In this document: piece after piece, positions 38,301 to 47,500 of the stretch
How positions within the stretch are numbered: position 1 is the first letter of the stretch
Layout: the number at the start of each line of letters is the position of its first letter
IMG/VR virus record: IMGVR_UViG_3300030202_003006
Coordinates: 64,001-128,000 of that record
Direction: 5' to 3' (one strand)
DNA from: a virus
Length of the DNA: 64,000 nucleotides
Notes under the pieces: model-generated
What the model saw: only the letters and a program-made list of their open reading frames with translations
Databases searched by the model: none
What the model was told of the DNA's origin: nothing
Program-made: the position numbers and the translations under genes

Positions 38301-38824
38301 GTGATGGTGCTAGAAGATGGATTCAATGGGAACCTATGTTATTTACAGCAGCTACACAAACTATTATGTCCGGTGTTGATTTAATAGAATGTTTAACAGA
38401 AGATTTAAGAGCCTCTTCACAACCAGTACCTTATTATATATGGAATTTAGACGGTGCACCTGGAACACCATTCGGTAGTGATTATAATGATTGGTCAGGA
38501 ACTTACGGAGACTATAGAAGAAAAACAGCTATTCCTATGAGTCCACTTGGGGCTATAAATTTAGGACCAGTATCTACGAATATATGGCCAGAACCTAACC
38601 CCCTAACTAGCGATTACTTCCAAGGTTCAAATGCAGGAACTATGGGTGTTAACAATAGTTTATTACAACCAGCTAATTACCCACCACTAACACCAACTAG
38701 TGCACCAACAATAAACATGACACAACCATTATTTTATTATTTTGGTTTAAGACCTGGACAAACATCTTACAATACGTTTTTAAGGTTATATGTCGATGAA
38801 GAATTAGCAGACGCGGTATTATAA
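35333..38824 (+). CDS. Structural protein with a carboxypeptidase-regulatory-like N-domain, a long hydrophobic segment and a Cys-rich region
   Basis: GVVVGRV...GIPNAKVSIF and TNESGDFMIYGVPTG; hydrophobic run at about 36854-37015. Confidence 0.6.
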   Translation: MPKSFRVRTEIGKEKNLTFELKQDFDLLEILSLSLTQQDVYSRMCSDFGVVVGRVISNGGFGIPNAKVSIFVPLDSEDETNPIIKQLYPYTQPYDKDEQGKRYNLLSSEENFDCHVPVGTFPKLRNVLSNQDVRYVYDKYYKFTVKTNESGDFMIYGVPTGDQNIVMDVDLSDIGCFSLLPEDFKQMGYSSTDFDGPKFKSDSSIDSLPQILNQTKSIDVRPFWGDEELCNASITRVDFDLQDSGFKLKPMSIFMGSTATDTDKDAVNFSCRPRRAQGNLCSLVSQPGLIDAIRYTPFFKQDSNAYTSTTSPGLAAGGTVPILERYYLEDGGRVIDSTGAFLVHLPMNLDHVITDEFGNLVKSQDPEKGVPTRGRYRFRIRPEQSAGTARNRRRGSYLVPNIREYNDDVGDSSDGNWTSIDPKSYAFSIEYSDYHPHAQTNLLPGALDYFYDMTFNRVYTVSQFHDHVKHNGRRQFLGVKEILPEEEQQCSTTAVHFPVNSAVRRAKFIIYLNNLLIDLMGIIFMAVSLIVGILSFIFGIILLPILLFLYALCAILILINDVISSLPWVSGPLDGLIAGLGCDCICVSGSGCFACGPGNVNCAYFGFPLGFVLFTLRQTKYPECEKCTCRNTANSEMQALANNFPCPGAPPTYDSSDCEGGFFSSLAQWGGNDCCGAQDEARVCCPDWYGFDSTTTVGGLGDVDGPAGGGCYVKVMCFNPACILANLSMTTFFQWARRQKIASALCNGVMNYFWENAWVSGFLYQFQFKMKLKYSVADDSYNADSKWCKKLVYIHPSEHVVYYRSTPFKWDSATNTGYFLGDEDGVRGGNSSSDKHSDGDMRRHILFPTTIVDMGSRNQCIQQICLDPNFAEECSVTDQIGHTSFQDFTELVSDIYNLKANYSLAALGSFFTRPENEIGGDVAQAIMQNCMVGVVGYESNMSTTGCVCLDDNGNSGINTGTTLGELMEYPYPGDGNSPFNDPYVQHGVYGDGARRWIQWEPMLFTAATQTIMSGVDLIECLTEDLRASSQPVPYYIWNLDGAPGTPFGSDYNDWSGTYGDYRRKTAIPMSPLGAINLGPVSTNIWPEPNPLTSDYFQGSNAGTMGVNNSLLQPANYPPLTPTSAPTINMTQPLFYYFGLRPGQTSYNTFLRLYVDEELADAVL

Positions 38825-40659
38825 TGAGTACAGATAAAAACATAAGAGCTCTTAGAGGTTCCGCGAGATTTGCGGGGTCAACAGATAAAGATGTTGGGTT
38901 ACAAGCTTTTTTGGAGTCAGACAAAAGAAATTTAATAGAAGGGGATAGAAATTTAGTTTTAAATCTACAAGACCAGTTTAATTTTGAAAGACAGTATTCT
39001 ACAACATATAGATTATACGGTAAAATAGATATGTTGTATCATAATGTAATTAGTGGTGAAACGACTAATGCAAACACCATAAAGAATATGTATTTTATAC
39101 CGGATTTTAGGGGTTGTCCAGATTGTCTATTATATCCTGGACCATTTTGTGGGCCACCATGTAGTGGGTTACCACCAGCAGTTACTTTTGACATGATACC
39201 TAATAGAAGGTATGGTCCGGGTGGTGGAGCTGGTATAGGACCATTTAATTTCGCTACTGCGTACCAAGATAATTGGGTACTATATACCTCTTATATTTAT
39301 TCCCATCAATCCGGACAAACAATGCAATTTCACATAGATTATACTGGTGGAACATCTGGTTTAGATTTTGTTGCAGGAGATGGAATCCCATTTACATTAG
39401 AAACAGTAGTGATTGATGGTAAAGACACTTTAAGGTTTAGAACTAGAGCACGTCACGGTATACAACCAGGTGAATATATAGAGATACAGTCCACAGCAAC
39501 AAGTTTCGGTGGAGCCAATTTAATTACCACCATCCCGTTAACCTATTCTTTAAATCTAGTGCCAACAACAAGATTTGAGACAATTTTTAAAATAGATTCC
39601 TTTGGTGATGGTACAACAAATTCAGAAGACTATGTTTTAAATGTGAATGTTAAAGGTATAGATAGCGGAAGTATACCTTCAAAATGTGTAGGTACCTTTA
39701 AAAGAATTATAAATATAGATAACATAGCCGAAACAAAATCACAATATTACGTACATCAACACAAATTAATAAGTAGGTCTAATGACTATACTTTAGATAG
39801 AACGGGATTCGAATTTGGTATTTACAATAGAAAGGGTAGAAATTTTAGTGATAAAAAAACACCTGACAGTATAGCAAAAACTGTTATTAAAGAAGAGTTT
39901 AAATCTTATGTGTATTGTTTTACACGAGATTTTGACGCGGAAAAATATTTTGATAATTGGAATAGACCTGTATCAGAATTTTATCTTACCATGCTACCAA
40001 CTAATAGAAATGCTATGTGGGACTATGAAGGTGATTCTGGGTTCGCCGCGGATTCTCCAGCTACCTATGGATGGAATTGGAATTTCCAACCTAACGGATT
40101 CCTAGACCCTTTTATCGATATAGATACTTTACCACACAACAAAGTAAATTTATTTCAAAGTACCCCCACAAATGGGGTAGACCCACTACCAACGAGTGGA
40201 GCTACATTTAGAGGTGCATTTGTAGAATGGAACCCTTATGAAATAAAAGAAAGAATAATTTCAGAGATAGGACATGCCTTAAAACTTAATCCAACGGTAT
40301 TAGTGGAAGGGGTTACCACCCAGGTCCCACCTGAAAAACATTCAATATACAAATATAAACCACATCACAGAATACTAATAAGGCCCTTCTCTAACACTAT
40401 AAATTATAGTGATAGTTTAGAAAATTCACCACAATATGCTAGATATTTAGTTAGTGAAGAAACTTTTAGATGGAGAAATCAATTACCGGTTGAAATGTAT
40501 GAGGATAATGGTTACGGTGTAAGTTATCCTTATTTAAATGACGCACATTACCCACATCTTAGTGTTGAGTTTAAACACATACCAGTAGGACCGATTTTAA
40601 ATAAAATAGAACCAATGTCAGCAATGACAATGTTAAATGAAATGATAGATGTCTGTTAA
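38824..40659 (+). CDS. Hypothetical structural (baseplate/fibre) protein
   Basis: 611 aa; TAATG coupling; RARHGIQPGEYIEI beta-barrel-like motif. Confidence 0.6.
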   Translation: MSTDKNIRALRGSARFAGSTDKDVGLQAFLESDKRNLIEGDRNLVLNLQDQFNFERQYSTTYRLYGKIDMLYHNVISGETTNANTIKNMYFIPDFRGCPDCLLYPGPFCGPPCSGLPPAVTFDMIPNRRYGPGGGAGIGPFNFATAYQDNWVLYTSYIYSHQSGQTMQFHIDYTGGTSGLDFVAGDGIPFTLETVVIDGKDTLRFRTRARHGIQPGEYIEIQSTATSFGGANLITTIPLTYSLNLVPTTRFETIFKIDSFGDGTTNSEDYVLNVNVKGIDSGSIPSKCVGTFKRIINIDNIAETKSQYYVHQHKLISRSNDYTLDRTGFEFGIYNRKGRNFSDKKTPDSIAKTVIKEEFKSYVYCFTRDFDAEKYFDNWNRPVSEFYLTMLPTNRNAMWDYEGDSGFAADSPATYGWNWNFQPNGFLDPFIDIDTLPHNKVNLFQSTPTNGVDPLPTSGATFRGAFVEWNPYEIKERIISEIGHALKLNPTVLVEGVTTQVPPEKHSIYKYKPHHRILIRPFSNTINYSDSLENSPQYARYLVSEETFRWRNQLPVEMYEDNGYGVSYPYLNDAHYPHLSVEFKHIPVGPILNKIEPMSAMTMLNEMIDVC

Positions 40660-41533
40660 TAGAATACAAATAAAAGCTTCACTAGGGGAAAAACAAATTA
40701 CTATCCCAATAGGACAAACCTTTGATGAGGTAGGTCGTGAACAATTAATACGTGATTATGAAGTAGTAGAACAACAAGATAATGTAAATATTATACAAGA
40801 TTATGAAACTACTAGATATTCTTTTAGTGGTGGTTCATTTATTCATTATGAATTTAAGTTTTATTCTGGTGGAACTTATTTTGATAAATTTAAACCACTA
40901 GGGTATAAAGACTACGAATTAGCTAAAAATAAAAAATCTTTTGTTAATAGTTTTTTTAAGTTTGATTATTGGGACTCACCATTAAGAAAAGAACAAAAAT
41001 TAATGTTTTCTATAGTTATTCCAGCTAACAATTGTGATAAAGATTACCCAGCAATGGTTAATATTGATGAAGACCCCTTAGAATACTTCTCACAACTAGC
41101 TTCTGGTGATTTAGCTCCTGGACAATTACCAGAATATGATATATACCACCCATACATTACGGTAGGTCCCACTCAAGTTAGAAATGAGGGTTACTATATA
41201 CAATGGTTAAAGGAAAGAAATTTGTTAGAAATAGATACATTTTATATGTCGTGTAATTTTTTTAATGCGGGTACAGGACAATCAACACGAATGATAAATA
41301 AAAATCCTTTAATTCCCTCAGGTAGTTGGGACCCAACAACCGACTTAGGAACTTATGATTATCCAGAATGGTTCTACTACCAAGTTAAATTAACCATAAG
41401 AGAAGGTACAGAAACACCAAAGTATTACTATAATGTATATAACTATAGTAATATGAATTTACAATACGGTATACAGGGTAGCTCAATAGGTACCCTAACC
41501 CCGATAATTTTTTATGAATACATTGAACCATAA
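40649..41533 (+). CDS. Hypothetical structural protein
   Basis: 294 aa, aromatic-rich, in the baseplate operon. Confidence 0.6.
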   Translation: MSVNRIQIKASLGEKQITIPIGQTFDEVGREQLIRDYEVVEQQDNVNIIQDYETTRYSFSGGSFIHYEFKFYSGGTYFDKFKPLGYKDYELAKNKKSFVNSFFKFDYWDSPLRKEQKLMFSIVIPANNCDKDYPAMVNIDEDPLEYFSQLASGDLAPGQLPEYDIYHPYITVGPTQVRNEGYYIQWLKERNLLEIDTFYMSCNFFNAGTGQSTRMINKNPLIPSGSWDPTTDLGTYDYPEWFYYQVKLTIREGTETPKYYYNVYNYSNMNLQYGIQGSSIGTLTPIIFYEYIEP

Positions 41534-44500
41534 TGGAAGTAAATAAATATGTAATAAGAAGGTCCAACCCAGACGTGAGTTGGTCGATACCATGTTCAGG
41601 AGCTACTAATATGTGGCCTATTAATTATAGTACTAATTGTTCCGGTTCTACAATGTATAGTTCTACAGCTTCACAAGTACTTAATGCGTTGAATGGAAAT
41701 ATGAATAATTTCCCAATGGAGTTAAGTGATTGTAGCCCTACAAACCCTTGTGTAATATTATGGGACGTGAACCCACAACCTATTGGTACTGTAGGTAGAT
41801 GTCAAGTCAATGACTTTGCATACATAGAATATAAAGGTTTTTGGTTAACTACACCAGGGCCAGTAACACAACAAGTAAGTTATTCAGAACTTATAGGGTA
41901 TTATGAAAGTAATAATTTTGATTTATCAACAAGTTTACAATCACAATCATCTTCTTACGCACAAATGAATAGAGCATGGTGTCTATGTGACAATCCACTA
42001 GGTGAATTCCTATATGATATTACATTTTCTTTACACCAAGATTTCAATGATATCGGTCATTATTCCCTATGGGATGGAAATATTGACCAAAAAGAAATAT
42101 TCCAAAACTTTGTTGTTAGTGCAACTACAAATCCGGGGGGTATATACGACGGGTATTATATACAAGTTTGGAATACCACAGATTTTGGATTCTACAAAAC
42201 ATTCCAAGACTCAGCTTATGTTATAGATTGGGGTGACGGTACACAATCTACATTACAGTATCCTACTCTTATAGGAAACCATCAATACGCAGCAACAGCA
42301 GTACCAACATATAAACAAATAAAAATAACATATAACGCTCCTTGGGGACCAGTTAGTACTACCAAAACTATAGTAGTACCTAATTTAGATTTATTGGGGA
42401 TAGTATCCCAACCCCCAGGACCATCACCTTTATTGGGTGGTATGCCACCTCAACAAGTAAATTTAACAGGACCTACTAATACAGGCGGTCTACCTGTAGG
42501 TTCATCAACCGCGGGACATGCTGTATATGGTAATCCAGGTACGATGAGTTACATGCCTTTAGATTCAGCAGTAGACATTAATGAATTTAGTGGGTTATCA
42601 CCAATGCCATGTTTTACAGTGACTGGTATTACTGAAAGTATACTAGGTAGTTTCCAAACCTATTCAAATACCACTAATGCACCTGGATTATTAGAACCAG
42701 GTATGAACATTAGTAATACACCAGGACAATATGTAGTACCTATAGGTGGTGATGTTATCGACCCCGTAAGTAATGAACCCACACCAGGGTTAATGGGAGA
42801 AATAACAGCTGCGAACGGAGGTTATACAGCATACACAGTTTATGCACCTACTGTAGCTGGTAATATAACCCCTATAGAATACTACGATTTTGTTAACGGT
42901 ATAACAATTTTTGTGGCGGAAAGTTGTGGGTTACCAGGTAATACTTTTCTAGATAGTGCCGACTGTTTTCAATGTGAAATAGATGATTGTACTTATTGTG
43001 AAACCAAAGACGAATACTTTAATAGGGAGAGTGGTGTATTGGGTGGACCAACAGCAATTTCTGTAGGGACTAATTACGCAAATTTAGTTCCACCACAACA
43101 ATGGAACTCTTTTACAAATTATAATATTGGTGATATAGTTTTTGACCGAACTTATAATTTATGTTGTTGTTATATGGTAGTAAAAGATATTATACAATCT
43201 GGTGCTACTCCATCAGATTGGGCGGGTGTACCCCCAGCTATAACTGATGATGGTATGTGGTATCCAGGATTAGATATTAATGGTAATACTTTACCTGGTC
43301 ATCATATTTATGAACCATGTTGTAGACAACCAGATTGTGATTGTGGAACATGTCCACCAGGAACAGCAACACCATGTAATGACCCAACTAATCCTTGGAA
43401 TTCTTATCCGTTAACATTACCTGTTGGACCAGCAGGACCGTGGGTAAATGGAAATGTTTATAATGTGGGGGAATTTACCGAAGGTCCAAATGGTGGTTGT
43501 TATAGAGCTTTATCTACGGGTGCTCACCCATCACCAGTTACTGGTGCAGGAGCATCCACCTATTGGGATTATGTAACCTGTGCAAGTTGGGCATGTCCGA
43601 TAGACCCAACCGCTACTGGATGTCAGATGTATACGGGGTTAACCCAAGGAATACCAGGAGCTTTTCCATTTTATAGTGATTGTGATACATTTTTTGCGGC
43701 AGGAGAATGTTTTGATACACAGTGGATTTGTGAAGACCAATATAATTGTAGTGGTTGTATAGAGATTAATTCTTCTCATAGTGGTTATACATTACCTATC
43801 GCACCACCAGTATTTTCAGCACAGGCAGAGTGTGAAGCTTGGTGTGACCCACCACTATATTCTTGTGCAACCCCAACAACTAGTCCATGTTGTCTGTTTA
43901 TGAGTTGTGATATACTACCAAACCTATATACCGCAGCTATGAATGATTATTTCACTGCTTTTGGAGGTGGAGCACCAATAACAATACCTAATCTAAATTC
44001 TTTAGATTTATATTTAGATTCTTCCATTTGTGAAAGTGCATGTTGTGAAACACTAGGATACCAATGGACTTGTACCTATGGATGCCAAGAATTTCCTGGT
44101 TTAACACAAAGTTTAGCTGATTGTGTTGCTACATCCCCAGCTGGTACTTTTGGTTTATCAGCAGAGTGTGGGTATGATTGTGTAAATCCTTGTGTACCAT
44201 ATGTTCCGGGTGTTTCTAGTCCTTGTATGTCATGTACTGATTTAGGTATATTTAACACCCCTGGTTGTGCACCATTCCAAACTGACGCTCAATGTGCTCA
44301 AAGTTGTACGGCTGATACATCTTGTTACAGATGTGATTGTTATGATACACAACCATGTACTTTAGAATATCCATGTACAACACCTTCTGCCACGGTACCT
44401 GGTTGTACAGGACCTAATCCAGCACTTGGAACTTATGCAACTGCATCCGCATGTACAGCATCTTGTATTTGTGACGCAGGTTGGGATTGTTACATTATAA

Positions 44501-47500
44501 ATAACCCATATGACCCAAATTACGGTCAACCAGACGGTCAAGGATGTCGATATGTACAAGATTTAAACTTATTAGGTACCGGATTTACATTTTCATCTAA
44601 TGGACCATTTTCAGCATTAACAGATTGTTGTTTAGATACTGGTTGTTGTACTGTAAATTGTGATGAAATTGATGCACTATATTATGACCCTGCTATAAAT
44701 GGCTACACCCCAGCCAATTATATTGGGCCACCAAATCCTCCACCACCATTTGGTACTGGTACTTATCCGTGTTATTATGAAACCGTTTCAAACACTAGTA
44801 TAGGTTGTTATTCAGGCCAATCTGGTGGACCATATAATGCTGGATTTAGTTTACCATTTTGTACTATGGCAGACTGTTTAAATTGGATAACTGCTGATGC
44901 TCCATGTCCTCCAGCTGAAGACCCATTGGGTAACCCAACAGGTTTTACATGTTGTGAAGAAGAAATAGAAATTACTTGTGATTGTGCGTGTAGTGGTACT
45001 ACAGCGGCACTAATGATATCCCCACTCCCTTTAAATCATACTGGTGCTTTTGTTGCGAGTGGAACGGAGGGGTATACTATAGGGGATACCGTTACGTATG
45101 TAGATATAGATAGTCCGGTGTGTTGTTATGTTTGTAATTGTCCGGATAATGGTGGTGTTTTAGATTGTAATTCCTACACTCCAGATATGCCTTTACCTCC
45201 AGGACAAATAAATTGTTGGGAATCTTGTGGGTCTACCGAAGGAAGTGCACCGTCAGGGTGTACACCTTGTTTAGGTTATTCCGCAACACAGGATACATAT
45301 CTATGTACAACTAATAATGGTTGTGTTGCTTCTGACGATATAATATTAAATCCAGGAGGTATGGGGGTACCATGTGTTATAAACCCACTGTTCACTCAAA
45401 CACAACAAAATTGTTACACATCTTCTACCTGTGATTACGAATGTCAAGCAGGTTGTTATTGTGATGACCAAGGAACCCCTAACCCATTAGATGATATAAC
45501 TGGTTGTGTTATGTTACAAGATGTCTTGAACGGTTTAACCCCTTTCGCTTCAACCAATTACTTTGCATTATCTTTAGATAGTTGTAACACAGCAATAACT
45601 TTAGGTATGGATTGTTGTACGGGTGAAACTTTTTACTGTGACTATATAGATAATGGGTCAGTTATTAATTGTGATTCTACAGGTACATTAGGTACAGGAT
45701 GTCAATCTATATATGATGGACAACCAGGATATCCAGGACCTTACACATCTTTAACCGACTGTCAACAAGCCTGTACTTGGGAATGTGATAGTAACGGGTG
45801 GCAACAATGTCAGTTCGTTTTAAATTCAACAGCACCAGTTACTTTCCCTAGTGCGAATGCTTGTTACGTGGCTAATACACAACCAACTAATTGTTATTGT
45901 CAACCATCAGCAACCACATCTTGGTATTGTGATAATTCAGGTCAATCCGGTCTATTACCTGGCACAAGTAATTGTGTAACCAGTACCGTAGTTGCTGGGT
46001 ATACTACCGCTCAACAACAACAAGTTTACGGTCAAGGACAAATAACTTATTTTGCTGGTGGAACAGGGTTCTTAAACCAAACATTTTGTGAAGAATTTTG
46101 TAGATATAAATGTTATGATACAAATGTAGGGTTAACCCCACCTAATACTCCTTGTGAATGTAGTTTAGATTGGGGTAATAACGGTGGAACAACAACTTCA
46201 TTTTATGATTGTACCGGGTCTACTTTTTCTAATCTAGGATATTATCCTTGTTGTCCGACAGGAACTACTATATTTTGTTGTGACCCAATATTAGGTTGTC
46301 TAGGACCTTATACTCCTGGTAATCAACCAGCGGGTTGTCTAGGTACTTTTTCAAGTGATGCACAATGTAATACTGAATGTAATTTTGCTTGTGGAGATTG
46401 TTTTGGTACAGATAATTGTTTCTGTGAATTTTATTTTGGCCCACTAGTATGTACCGGTGAAACCATATATAATACTATGGCTGATTGTCAAGCTAATTAT
46501 ACTCTAGGACAATTTAGTTCTACCGGATGTTGTGATTGTTATGATTGTGCTATTAATGGGGGTATAACTTGGACATATACACCATCAGATAATGCTACTA
46601 CATGGATGTCTAATAGTACGTCAGTACCATCACCTCAAAACGGTATTTTAGGTGACCCATGGTCTTCCGGCCAAGTGGGCGTACCTAATGGTGGGTATTT
46701 TGCTGGAGATACGGTTTTATACACTAATAGTGATGGTGTTACTTGTTGTTATGTTTTTGTTAATAAATGGAATACTTCATGGATTGATTTTACCATAGAC
46801 CCACACACTTATTACACTTCTTACGTTAATGCAGTTGCTAATAATGACTTTTATTTAGCATATTACTCACAAGTATGGATTGCGTGTGACCCTAGTTGTG
46901 CACCACCTAGTATAATCACTTGGGATTGTTTCCCAGGTACAGCAACTGATACTTGTCTAAATCTAACTAATTTCTTCCAAAATAGTGTAGGGAACCCAGT
47001 CCCTTATTTTGGTGACGCATTAGATGCTGTTCTAACAGGTTGGGGTAACCCCAACGTAACCAACTCAGGTTTTCAAGCAGCAGTATTCCAAATGGGTCAA
47101 TATGTAACGGAACTAATGGCTCCATTTGCACCACAAACACCAGGACACTGTCAAGGTCCTAATGGAGGTTACTTACATAAAGTTACAGGTATAAATGTAT
47201 CCGGTGTAGCTACAAACCCATCAGCTCCAGCGTATTTACCTACAGTCGCTGCGGGAACACCATTTAGTTCTTGGAAAGGATTGATAGACGCTTTAAATGC
47301 AGACAACTGGATGTTAGGTAACGGTACATCACCAATTTGGAATGTTACAGACCCTCTGGTAGTATACAATGATTTTTGTATCTATAATGAAGGTGATTGT
47401 TTTGGTGCCAAATCAATAGCGTGTATTTGTGGTGGTAAACCATGTGACTGTCAACCAGTATATGGTCCAGGTGGTCAGTACGCAACATCAGCTTCGTGTT